Part shown: positions 22,435 through 32,019 of the stretch, piece after piece
How positions within the stretch are numbered: position 1 is the first letter of the stretch
Layout: every line of letters begins with the position of its first letter
NCBI GenBank assembly: GCA_965216875.1
Contig: OZ244207.1
Span: forward strand, 3,232,001 to 3,296,000
DNA: 64,000 nucleotides
Source of the DNA: Rubripirellula sp.
GTDB taxonomy: Bacteria > Planctomycetota > Planctomycetia > Pirellulales > Pirellulaceae
Direction of reading: 5' to 3'
Notes under the pieces: generated by a model
The model's input: the letters and a program-made list of their open reading frames with translations, nothing else
Database searches by the model: none
Told to the model about the DNA's origin: nothing
Translations under genes and position numbers: made by a program

Positions 22435-23511
22435 TCAATCTGGCGTCTGTTCTTCAGGATCGACCACCTGCACACTGGTTGATAAATGCTCTTGGGCCGT
22501 CCGATGGACATCATCGGCAAGTGCCCTTCGTTCGACACGTTGGACCGACCGCGGGCTCGAGAGTTGGCCCAAGTGAATCACCGGTTCCCCTGGCTGAACC
22601 GCCGGCAACGTTGTCATCCCAATCACGATCCCATCGAACGGAGCGATCAGGCGGTTCTGGTCTTCGTGAAGAAGATTGCTATTGCTTGCCAGCGGCTGGC
22701 CAGCCACCACGGTGCTGCCAGGCGCGACGTGCATGTCAAGGAATCCGCCCCGTTCAGCGCGAACCCACTTGGTGTGTTTGATACGCGCCGGCTTGGTTGG
22801 CACATCAGGTTCACCGTCCATCATTTCAAGCTCTTTGAGGACGTTCTGAACCCCGCGCGTCATGCATTCAACGACTGACGGTTCGACCTTCCAAACCTCG
22901 CCTCCTTCGACAACGATCGTCGGGCATCCGGAAAAGGTTGCCTCGCGTCGAAACGAACCGCGTGGCCCACGTCCATCCAGAATCACACTCGCTCCGAACG
23001 CTTCCGCCATCCGCATGCACTTGGCGTTGGAATAGTCCGTGCGAACATTGGGGTAATTTGTCCTGCGCACCGCCGCGGTGTGTAAGTCGATCCCAAAGTC
23101 GCAGCGTTTCACGAGCGCATGGAAGATGACATGCGCCATACGCGATGCCATGCTACCTTCGGGATTGCCGGGAAAACAACGGTTCAAATCACGGCGATCG
23201 GGCAGGTAGCGCGAATGCCGCTCAAACCCGAGCACATTCAAAACGGGTATCATCACCAACGTGCCGCGACGCAAATTCCAGCTGGTATCGGCAATCAGCG
23301 AACGAATCGCCCCGGTTCCATTCAACTCATCACCATGCAATGCCCCCGTGACAAACCCGGTCGGCCCAGGTTCCGCGCCACGAATCACGCGCGCGGCAAT
23401 CGAAATGGTACGACTGGAATAGCTTTCCGTGATCTGAAAGTCGGTGTTCGCCGCCGTACCCGGTTCGACATCACAGCCAAACCAATGGTGTTGATCGATT
23501 CGAGCATTCAT
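22435..23511 (-). CDS. Succinylglutamate desuccinylase/aspartoacylase family (M14-like) protein
   Basis: HGDELNG, RDLNRCFPG, GIDLHT, C-terminal biotinyl-like domain. Confidence 0.88.
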   Translation of the reverse strand: MNARIDQHHWFGCDVEPGTAANTDFQITESYSSRTISIAARVIRGAEPGPTGFVTGALHGDELNGTGAIRSLIADTSWNLRRGTLVMIPVLNVLGFERHSRYLPDRRDLNRCFPGNPEGSMASRMAHVIFHALVKRCDFGIDLHTAAVRRTNYPNVRTDYSNAKCMRMAEAFGASVILDGRGPRGSFRREATFSGCPTIVVEGGEVWKVEPSVVECMTRGVQNVLKELEMMDGEPDVPTKPARIKHTKWVRAERGGFLDMHVAPGSTVVAGQPLASNSNLLHEDQNRLIAPFDGIVIGMTTLPAVQPGEPVIHLGQLSSPRSVQRVERRALADDVHRTAQEHLSTSVQVVDPEEQTPD

Positions 23512-23710
23512 GGGCGAACTGCATCCCTCGGGACGCAACCTGAAAGAACAGAGAGCATTGCACGCCGATCGCGCGACAATTTCGGAAGTTTATCCCTTGG
23601 GCTGCCGGTTGCCCATCACCAGTCGCACTTTGCAGTGAATGCACCGACGAGGGCATCCTTCACGCACAACGCTCGGAGGCCTCATTCACTTGCGTGGGAG
23701 TTGAGTGAGT

Positions 23711-24334
23711 CTAGCCCGGCAGCTGTCTTGGAATTGAGGCATCCTCATCCACATGTGCAAACAGTCGCAGTGAGATATGGATGACCCAGCAAAAAACGAG
23801 AAGAAGCAGGAATCGCTGCGCAACCGGCTCGCTCGAAACCCCGCCGCCGACGCAAAGAATCGGGACGATTGCCAGAGCCGTCACGAGCCCCGCGCCCAGT
23901 TTCAGATCGGTGTCTCTCTGTTCAAGCTGGCTGAGGCGTGCAAGTGCGATGCACCAACCGCCCAGCCCCAAACAGACTGCAGCGAAGTGAAGACGCGACG
24001 CGACAGCTTCGGCCTGAGACAGGTCGGTCGGAATCGCGGCCAGCGCAAAAGCAACCCCTGTGCTGGCCAAACATGTGCCCAGCACACGATCGCCAACCGT
24101 AACCCCCAGGGAATACCCAAACATTGCAAAGGTCATTCCCACCATCGCAAAACCAATCACGTTAAACACAACTGCGTACGGTTGCTGCGACGCCCCTAAC
24201 TTACTGATGTAATCACACAGCAAGTGAAAATCGGGGTTCAGAAACGAACAAAGCAAAAACGCGAAGAGAAACAGGCCAACCGAAGCAAGGCCAAGACCAG
24301 CCGTGATCTGTTTCGCAGCTGTGATTTGTGTCAT
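23711..24334 (-). CDS. DUF998-like membrane protein
   Basis: Several TM helices, YISKLGA, LH and AQR motifs. Confidence 0.7.
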   Translation of the reverse strand: MTQITAAKQITAGLGLASVGLFLFAFLLCSFLNPDFHLLCDYISKLGASQQPYAVVFNVIGFAMVGMTFAMFGYSLGVTVGDRVLGTCLASTGVAFALAAIPTDLSQAEAVASRLHFAAVCLGLGGWCIALARLSQLEQRDTDLKLGAGLVTALAIVPILCVGGGVSSEPVAQRFLLLLVFCWVIHISLRLFAHVDEDASIPRQLPG

Positions 24335-24384
24335 GCCCGGTTGAACGTGAAAGGTGCGCGGTCAGAGTGTCGCACACCGTTGTA

Positions 24385-27300
24385 TCATGACGGCGGCTTG
24401 ACATCACGAATTGGAATCTCAATCGCAGGAACTTTTCCGTCGGCCGGCACAACAAACGCTTTGGTGCCCTTCCAACGCGGCACCGGCACGCCGGTGGTAA
24501 ACAATTGGTCGTTGGTGAGATCTTCATACCCCGAAAAAACGGCAACGTACTCACCGGGGCCGAGTGGCGGCGTTTCAAACCGCCCGTCCCCACCGCAATT
24601 GACGGCTTCAAAAAGAGTCGCACCAAGATTTTCTTCCGGTGAATCGGACGTCCCCTTGGCAGCGATCATCACCACGCCTCGTTCCAGCTTGGTCTTGTCA
24701 AAATCGACGACACTGCCAGCGACGACTTTTGATCTTTGCCGAACGAAACGAACCGACTTTGCCTGGCCGGCGAGCAGATCGAACCGATTGCGATCAAGAA
24801 ACAGTCCTTGTGAGACGCGACCTAGTCCCGCCTTGGCCAAATCGACGTTACACATCCGCGCGACTTGATAGTCTCCTGGCTGCAAGTCCTTCAGTGTGAC
24901 TGACTTTCCATTTTCGACGGGGCTCCACTTCGATTGATCTTCATCGACCGTGCCGATCTCGCCCACTCCATTGATGTGCTGGACAAAAATCCGTGCTTCG
25001 TCTGCACCACCAGGATGGTGATAGTGAATGGTGATTCGCGAGCCCTTGCCTGGAATGGTCACGCCAGAATCATCAAAATCAACCGTCACTCCGACCGATT
25101 CACCGATGAGTTTGTAGACTTCGCGCAGCTCCGCGTTGTGCGTTTTGATCGTTGTCTTTTGGTGAAGCGTCACGCCTAACTTTTTCAGTTTGCCAAGATC
25201 GATTGTCACCGGCACGTGATAAGTCTCTTCGAGGTGTGAGATCAGCCCGACCAATGGTTTCTCCATTTGTTTGATCGACACTTGCTGATCTAACACACTT
25301 TGATAGTCGATATCGACGGGCACAAGTCGAACAACACTCAACCGATCTCTCGCCTTGGACGCCTTGTCGACGATCTCTTTCAGCGGCACCGTGCCTGAAG
25401 CTGGTTTGTAATTGGGATGTCCAATGCCCCAATGCACAACGAGCTGCTCTCTCAGCGGATGATCCACGATATTGTCGGGAATCACAAACTTAAAATCGGA
25501 CTTACTGCGTGGCCAAATCAGATTGCCAACCGGTTTTCCCTGAGTCGGATCTTCATGCGGCTCACGAAACCGAAGTGAGATCGTCGTTTCATCGCCCGCG
25601 ATCGGCTCACCCGAAACGGCATCGATGATCGTGCAATCGAATGGCTCGAACTTCTCCAATGAGATCGTCGGTGCCGGGACTTGGTTTTGCGACGCTTGCT
25701 GGTTTTGTCGCCCCTCCTTTTCGGCCTTCCACTTCTCGTTCCAGGTCGTTGCGTCGTCACCCGACTCGCTTGTCAGCACCAACCCGATGTAGGGCTTGTC
25801 GAGCTGAAACTCGATCACTCGGTCACTGCCCTTAGGATCCCGACGCGAATAGGAATGCGACACCGAATGTGGGCGTTTCGCGAAGCTGGCGACGATTCGA
25901 AAACGACCGGGGCGCAGTCCCTCAAGATGGAAAGTCAGCTTGTCACCTTCTCGCTTCGTTTTCAATCGCTTCGATTGCGCGTACATCCAGGTTGCTTGTG
26001 GATTGTCTCGAACCAGGACCTCAGGCTGATCCCACTCTGCCGAGAACCGGTCCAATTCCTCTTTGGTGCCGTGCACTTCTCCACGCACTTCAAGCCATGA
26101 CCCGAGCTTGATTTCCCCTAGATCTTTTCCTGCTTTGATCGGGCCAACGAAACGTGGCGCCAAATGGGCGTCTGCTGGTTCGACGTAGAAATGGTAGATC
26201 GCGTCACCCAGCTTTTCGTAGACTGGATTGATCCGTTGCAGAGAATCCAGAACGACTCTTCCGTCCTCATCGGAATACGTCCAAATCTCTCCGCCCGTTC
26301 CCTTGGTCGGATAGGGCCCCGATGAGGCTTTTGCAGACGTTTTGACAAAGTGTCGGATTTTGGCTTTGGCCACGGGCTTGCCGTCGACGGCCGACACCAA
26401 CCGAAAGGTTGTTTTGGCTGCGGGTTTTAGCGTCAACGTTTTTGACTTTCCCGCCTTCAACTTGACTTGGTGAAACGACGCCTCTTCGAATCCGGGTGCC
26501 CGGACAAAGATTCGCGACACCTTTTCCGTTGCTTCGGCGATCTTTGTTCCGCCTTTTTGAACCGGCAGGTCGGTGTGGTCCTTCCGACGAATCTGGCCCG
26601 AGAAGGTGAACTTGCCCGACTCAATTTCATTGCCGTCTGGGTCGGCAAAAACGACGCGTCCGTCAAACGAAGGCGGCTTCGCGCGCTCGTCATCCGCTGG
26701 CGTTCGCTTTCGGAAAAACAGCAGCGTCTCACCCGTCGTCAAATCCGATTTGTAATCTTCGGCTTTCGGAAAGATGACGTTCCCTTTGTCGTCTTTCATT
26801 TGGCGACTATTGAAACGCAGCGTGTAGCGCACCGAGTACATGCCCGGTTCTTTGATTCCCGTCACCCCAGGGGTCAGGATGAACAACCGAGCGGAATCAC
26901 CGGGTTGAAGTACCCACCGCACATCGATCGGCCATCCCGAAAACCAAGCGCTAGCAACATCGACCTTCTTTCCCGTCGAATCAACGACTTCGATCGTATC
27001 ACCTTGGCGGCTCGTTTCACTCGCGAAGGTGATCGCTTTATCACTTACATTTCGAACATGGCAATAGACCCCGACCGCACTCTTGAGCGGGATTCCTGGC
27101 GCGTCATGCGGCGTTTCTTGAATGTACTTGGGCACCTCGAATTCAATCGCAGCCTGCAGCCCATCGACGGTCGGGCCGAAATTCAGTTCAGGCTTCGCTC
27201 GACCAACTGGTTCATCGATTGCAAACTCGACGCTGTTCGATTCGACCACACCTTGCCACGCGTCACCTTGCTTTGACTTGGGCCAATGTTTCTTGATCTT

Positions 27301-27909
27301 TTCAACAACATCATCGCCGGGACCGGTGTAACGTACCGTTGCCCGATAGTGCCCTGGGTCAAGTCGATACTCCATGGGAGAAACGAATTGGCCAGGCCGG
27401 ACGATCATCGAAAGGGATTCACCCGGCTGAAGGTCATGAGTCGACGCGCCGTTAAGAACCAACGTCTGGCTTGCATAGGCGCGTTCGGCCCGAGCAACGG
27501 GATGCCCTTGAGAATCAAAAAACTCGAACTTAAACAGGTGCGGGCCATAAAACGATGTGTTCAGCCGCCCCTTTGCTGTCGGGTAGCTATCACCATATCG
27601 AACGCCGAGTAAGGTGACCGGAGCCGGGCTGACGTTCTTGAGTTCGACCAGGAACGTCATCTCACGCCCCGTGGGGAACATCCCAGCCACTTTCGCCTCA
27701 TCAGGACGTTCGTCGTTACTTGTGTGCGATACCGCAACCAGTCGACACTCAAGCTTGTCGCTCGACGCAACGGCAACATCGTCGGCTATAGTCTGTGGGA
27801 GAGGCAAAAGCAACGCCCCGACCGTCAACATCACAGCCGTGATTGAGCGAACCGATGGGAGACGTTGTTGTCTCAAGCACCAAGAGGTCAACGCGTGAAC
27901 ACCGAACAT
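24385..27909 (-). CDS. Large secreted multidomain hypothetical protein
   Basis: 1174-aa ORF with a signal-like N-terminus and repeated beta-rich, carboxypeptidase-regulatory-like segments (DAVSGEPIAG, SAVDGKPVAKA). Confidence 0.75.
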   Translation of the reverse strand: MFGVHALTSWCLRQQRLPSVRSITAVMLTVGALLLPLPQTIADDVAVASSDKLECRLVAVSHTSNDERPDEAKVAGMFPTGREMTFLVELKNVSPAPVTLLGVRYGDSYPTAKGRLNTSFYGPHLFKFEFFDSQGHPVARAERAYASQTLVLNGASTHDLQPGESLSMIVRPGQFVSPMEYRLDPGHYRATVRYTGPGDDVVEKIKKHWPKSKQGDAWQGVVESNSVEFAIDEPVGRAKPELNFGPTVDGLQAAIEFEVPKYIQETPHDAPGIPLKSAVGVYCHVRNVSDKAITFASETSRQGDTIEVVDSTGKKVDVASAWFSGWPIDVRWVLQPGDSARLFILTPGVTGIKEPGMYSVRYTLRFNSRQMKDDKGNVIFPKAEDYKSDLTTGETLLFFRKRTPADDERAKPPSFDGRVVFADPDGNEIESGKFTFSGQIRRKDHTDLPVQKGGTKIAEATEKVSRIFVRAPGFEEASFHQVKLKAGKSKTLTLKPAAKTTFRLVSAVDGKPVAKAKIRHFVKTSAKASSGPYPTKGTGGEIWTYSDEDGRVVLDSLQRINPVYEKLGDAIYHFYVEPADAHLAPRFVGPIKAGKDLGEIKLGSWLEVRGEVHGTKEELDRFSAEWDQPEVLVRDNPQATWMYAQSKRLKTKREGDKLTFHLEGLRPGRFRIVASFAKRPHSVSHSYSRRDPKGSDRVIEFQLDKPYIGLVLTSESGDDATTWNEKWKAEKEGRQNQQASQNQVPAPTISLEKFEPFDCTIIDAVSGEPIAGDETTISLRFREPHEDPTQGKPVGNLIWPRSKSDFKFVIPDNIVDHPLREQLVVHWGIGHPNYKPASGTVPLKEIVDKASKARDRLSVVRLVPVDIDYQSVLDQQVSIKQMEKPLVGLISHLEETYHVPVTIDLGKLKKLGVTLHQKTTIKTHNAELREVYKLIGESVGVTVDFDDSGVTIPGKGSRITIHYHHPGGADEARIFVQHINGVGEIGTVDEDQSKWSPVENGKSVTLKDLQPGDYQVARMCNVDLAKAGLGRVSQGLFLDRNRFDLLAGQAKSVRFVRQRSKVVAGSVVDFDKTKLERGVVMIAAKGTSDSPEENLGATLFEAVNCGGDGRFETPPLGPGEYVAVFSGYEDLTNDQLFTTGVPVPRWKGTKAFVVPADGKVPAIEIPIRDVKPPS

Positions 27910-28045
27910 GACTTCGCCACCGACTCTTGTGAAAGGTAGACACGACCGAATTCCAGCATTCGTGTCATGTGTGGGATTCGTGGATTCTGTATCGCTTGAT
28001 CACGCGCCCCTCTCGTTCGCAACCCGTTACGCCGTGATTCTTAAT

Positions 28046-28108
28046 TGTCGCCTTTCGCTCCGCGAAAGAAGCGTCCAAAACGCAACTTTTGCGGAGCAAA
28101 AGGCGACA
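28046..28108. repeat. REP-like 63-bp palindrome, family A copy 1
   Basis: TGTCGCCTTTCGCTCCGCGAAAG...CTTTTGCGGAGCAAAAGGCGACA; close copies at 29014-29076 and 38820-38882. Confidence 0.85.
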
Positions 28109-28232
28109 TTCAAACAGTTCACAGCCTTTCCGCGAAAGAAGCATCGAAGACGGGGCATCGCGACGCAGTTGAAACGAATTCGAACGCGTCTTGTTAGGCA
28201 AAAAATGTCCACTTTCGCGACCTTTGTTTGCC

Positions 28233-28943
28233 TCAGCACTTGATCGTCTTGCGTTTCTTGCCAACCCGCCCCATCGACTCGACTTTCGCGATGTATTCGG
28301 TAGCAAGCGGAACCTTGCAAGAGGTGTCGCCCATATCGACCTCGACCTTACCAATCTTCTTCGCTGTCGATTTTGCTTGGCGAAGCAGGGGTTTGACATA
28401 CGTGCCAACGGCAATGACAAAGCCATTCATGACATAACGCACCCCGTTTGGGGCGTCGTCAATCGTATCGACGATCTGGTTGAGCAGTGATTTGATTTCG
28501 TCGAGGTCAAGTTCATCGTCAGCCCGCGTCGCAATCAGGCCGACGTAGGTGTTCCAGCCCGCACATGCAATCGGCTCCTTGCGCGACTTCATCCACTTCA
28601 GCGCCAAGGAATGAGTGTGCTTGCTTTCGGTGGCAACACCGGGAACGGTGTAATCACAATGCCAGCTATTTTTGCTCGCCTTCGCCCAAGACTCCAATTG
28701 CTGTTTGGTCATCTTGGAACCATCCGCAACGATGCCGGCCAGGTACATCGCGTCATGGTTGCCAGTATCGTACAGCTCGCAAGCAAGCTCTTGGTTGCCT
28801 TTGATCTTTTTGGCAACCTTCTTTAGATCGCCAACTTTGACACCGTAGACGTCACCATCGATTCCGTGACGCGCGTAGATTTTTCTTGTCTGTTCACTGC
28901 CGAGCTTTTCCAGTTCGGCGAGGACTTGTTTGACGGTGTTCAT
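28233..28943 (-). CDS. DNA alkylation repair family (AlkD-like HEAT-repeat) protein
   Basis: YGVKVGDLKK, LYDTGNHDAMYLAG, RYVMNGFVIAVG, VDMGDTSCKVP. Confidence 0.8.
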   Translation of the reverse strand: MNTVKQVLAELEKLGSEQTRKIYARHGIDGDVYGVKVGDLKKVAKKIKGNQELACELYDTGNHDAMYLAGIVADGSKMTKQQLESWAKASKNSWHCDYTVPGVATESKHTHSLALKWMKSRKEPIACAGWNTYVGLIATRADDELDLDEIKSLLNQIVDTIDDAPNGVRYVMNGFVIAVGTYVKPLLRQAKSTAKKIGKVEVDMGDTSCKVPLATEYIAKVESMGRVGKKRKTIKC

Positions 28944-29013
28944 GGGCGATGGCTGGGCACGGGGACGTGATTGCAGCCATCTAATTTAACGAGCTTTGCG
29001 CGGCGATGCGGAA

Positions 29014-29076
29014 TGTCACCTTACGCTCCGCGAAAGCAGCGTCCAAAAACGCAACTTTTGCGGAGCAAAAGGCGAC
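29014..29076. repeat. REP-like palindrome, family A copy 2
   Basis: Same orientation as 28046-28108 with few mismatches. Confidence 0.85.
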
Positions 29077-29100
29077 GAAATGGGTGCTACAAACGGCGTT

Positions 29101-31065
29101 TTACGCGGCCGCTTCCTCGCCGTTGGACTTCGATCCACGATTGAAATTCATATGGAGCGAATCCCAGTCGATGACCAATTTCCCGCCGGTCCCTTCATGC
29201 TGCTTGGCCCAGTTGGTCAGCAGGTCCAAGCAGGCATGATCGATGTAGTTGAGGTGTTCGAATTCGACGTGCAATTCACAGTCGTTCGGAACACGCTCAA
29301 GCTCCGATGCGAGGACTGGCAACCGAATGAACGTCGCCGCTCCCTCGAGACTCAGGTTCGCTGTTCGCTTTTCTTCGTCAACATCGAGGTGCACATCGAG
29401 CCGACTAAAGGTGTGCAGCAGACGGAGCGCCGAAAGTCCGATCCCGGCAAGCACGCCTGTCAGCAGGTCGGTGGCGACAATCGTCCCCAGCGTCACGCAA
29501 TAGATCGCGACTTCGCCCCAACCGTAGCTGTACAGCTTTGCGATCGCTTTCAAATTCAACAGCTTGTAGCCGGTGTAGACCAACATCGCAGCCAACGCGG
29601 CCGTTGGAATCATTCGCAGTACGAATGCGAGAGCGGCAACAAAGACCAACAACCATAGACCGTGCAGGATGGTGGAGAGTCGAGTTTTCGCACCCGAATC
29701 GACGTTGGCCGAACTACGCACGATCACTCCCGTCATCGGCAACGCACCAAGGAATCCGCACACGATGTTTCCAATCCCCTGGGCGGCTAGCTCGCGGTCA
29801 TATTGGGTTCGCGGACCACTGTGCATCTGGTCGACCGCAGTCGCACAAAGCAGCGTTTCAGCACTCGCGACGGCCGCAAGGACAATCCCCGCTTGGATGA
29901 CGGCACCGGCTGGCACCGATTTCAAAACGGTCAACGACGGATAGTGGATCTCACTGAACAAGTTGTCCGGTAGTTCGACATAGAAGACTGGCAGCTGCAG
30001 AAACGCTGTCACGACGGTCGCGACCACAACCGCGACCAAAGGTGCTGGAACCATGCGAAGCTTTTTCGGACTCAACGTGCTCCACAGAATCAACACGATG
30101 ATGGTCAACAGACCAATTTTCGCGGCCCAGTCGTGGTTCTTGAGTTCCGCCAAAACGGCTTCGATCGAAACTTGCATGTCAGCCTGCGACGCTCGCACGT
30201 GCCGCACGTTTCCACCTTCGAGGTCCGCGATCGCAACTTCCATATTGCTCAGCGCGGTTTCTGTGGCCGCTCGAAGAGCTTCGGCGTCAGGCACGGAGTT
30301 CTCGACGATCGGTTCGGCAAGTTGCTTCGAAAGCTCGGCCAAGCGATCGGACAAACCTTTTTGATCAACCAAAATGGCACTGAAATCTGGCGGGTCGATT
30401 TCCCATGCTTCTTCTCGGGCATTGGGGTCCTGAACGGGAATCAACTCGGCAGCACGCTCGCGCAATTGAACCTGTTGCTCGTGAATCGCACCAATTTGAT
30501 GAAGCAGGTCGGTGCGCATCTTCCGCTCTTCAACCGTGCCAAGCGGCGACATCTCCATTCCCTTTTCAATCGCTTCGGGAATCGAGACAAGGTTTTTAAG
30601 ACCGCTACCTCTTGGTGCATCGTCGACCATCACATGGAATTGGCTCGATGCAATCAGCACACCAATCCCCGCCAACATGCCGTAAATCACCGCTGGCGAC
30701 ACGGCACGAAACCAGCGCCCATACCGCAGCAGCCCGGCAAGCAGTTGCAGGATACCGCCGATCAACACGGCGATCCCGAGCACTTCGATGCCATAACGCT
30801 GCACAAGGTCAAAGACGATCACCGTCAATCCCGCAGCAGGACCGCTGACCTGAAGCGGTGATCCCGCAAACCAACCCACGATGAGACCGCCGACAATCCC
30901 GGTGATCAAACCGGCGGCGACAGGAACACCGGAAGCGATTGCGATCCCCATACAAAGAGGCAGCGCGACGAGAAAGACAACAATTGACGACAGAAGGTCC
31001 TGACGCGGATGCGAGAAGGTTCCGTAGTCAGTGGAATCCGATCCGTTGTTTTGAGCGTTAGACAT
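29101..31065 (-). CDS. SulP family inorganic anion (bicarbonate/sulfate) transporter
   Basis: VFLVALPLCMGIAIASG, QVSGPAAG, SAETLL, ELAAQGIGN, PMTGVIVRSSAN, STAS-like C-terminus. Confidence 0.92.
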   Translation of the reverse strand: MSNAQNNGSDSTDYGTFSHPRQDLLSSIVVFLVALPLCMGIAIASGVPVAAGLITGIVGGLIVGWFAGSPLQVSGPAAGLTVIVFDLVQRYGIEVLGIAVLIGGILQLLAGLLRYGRWFRAVSPAVIYGMLAGIGVLIASSQFHVMVDDAPRGSGLKNLVSIPEAIEKGMEMSPLGTVEERKMRTDLLHQIGAIHEQQVQLRERAAELIPVQDPNAREEAWEIDPPDFSAILVDQKGLSDRLAELSKQLAEPIVENSVPDAEALRAATETALSNMEVAIADLEGGNVRHVRASQADMQVSIEAVLAELKNHDWAAKIGLLTIIVLILWSTLSPKKLRMVPAPLVAVVVATVVTAFLQLPVFYVELPDNLFSEIHYPSLTVLKSVPAGAVIQAGIVLAAVASAETLLCATAVDQMHSGPRTQYDRELAAQGIGNIVCGFLGALPMTGVIVRSSANVDSGAKTRLSTILHGLWLLVFVAALAFVLRMIPTAALAAMLVYTGYKLLNLKAIAKLYSYGWGEVAIYCVTLGTIVATDLLTGVLAGIGLSALRLLHTFSRLDVHLDVDEEKRTANLSLEGAATFIRLPVLASELERVPNDCELHVEFEHLNYIDHACLDLLTNWAKQHEGTGGKLVIDWDSLHMNFNRGSKSNGEEAAA

Positions 31066-31179
31066 AGATGTAATTAGCAAACGATGCGAGTCTGGCGAAC
31101 TCTTCAATCGCGCGCACCAGCGCACTGAGAGCCCAAGAAATAAGGTAGACGTAGCGGCATTGCCGCAACCATCAACTCG

Positions 31180-31527
31180 CTAGAGCACGAGTGGAGCGCA
31201 AAGATCGGCACTCAAACGGTGCCCAACAATCGCTTGCGTTGGAGGTGGATGGTGCGCTCGCCCAGCAGGCGCCATCCGATGAAACTCAATAGGAACACGC
31301 CCATCGAGGACTCGGGGTTCAGCTTCACGTCGGCGATCCGACGAACAGACCACGCGTTCTTCTTCGCCCGACTTTTCCTCTTCCTGACAGGGAAAACTCG
31401 ATTCCGAAAACTGCTGAACCAACATCCCAGGCTGCGGCACAACCACCGAACCAAACATGCAAAGAATGAGCGCCACGGGCAATACCCGCGCGACGGCAAT
31501 CGGCTTTGTCGAAAACAAAACGCTCAT
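31180..31527 (-). CDS. Small single-TM hypothetical protein upstream of SulP
   Basis: Hydrophobic helix, acidic EEEKSGEEE stretch, C-terminus HHPPPTQAIVGHRLSADLCAPLVL. Confidence 0.5.
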   Translation of the reverse strand: MSVLFSTKPIAVARVLPVALILCMFGSVVVPQPGMLVQQFSESSFPCQEEEKSGEEERVVCSSDRRREAEPRVLDGRVPIEFHRMAPAGRAHHPPPTQAIVGHRLSADLCAPLVL

Positions 31528-32019
31528 GCTTTTCGTTTGACGACTCGAAACCTGGAAATGATTTACTCGCGAACAATGCGAGCAAACGTCTCTCGACAAA
31601 ACTGTAGGCGGCACCTTCAGGTTATGCCAGAGTGCCTAGGTTGGTTCATCGGCACAATGTCAAAATCGTCCAATTGTGATGAAAAAATCGACTGGATTTA
31701 TATCAGGTTTTGCGAAAACTTCGCCGCCAGGTGGCCTGTTTCACGATCCGGCTGCGGCTCAGCGCGGGTACCCCCAGCCGCTGAAAGGAGCCCCGGCGTA
31801 TTGGAAGTGCTCGAGGACGTGAGGACTCACGGGCACTGCCTGAGTTTCGCGAGAAGTTGCTCGGCCGAAACCGTGTTGCGTGTTTGTGGCACTGGCGCCA
31901 AAGCCGGGTCTGCCGCACTCACTCTAAGCGTGACGCGTCCGAAGATTCCCCAAAAGCTCGGGCCGCTGACGCGCAGCGACGCACACGGGCAGGGCTACAG
32001 ACGAACGACGAGCAGGCAT

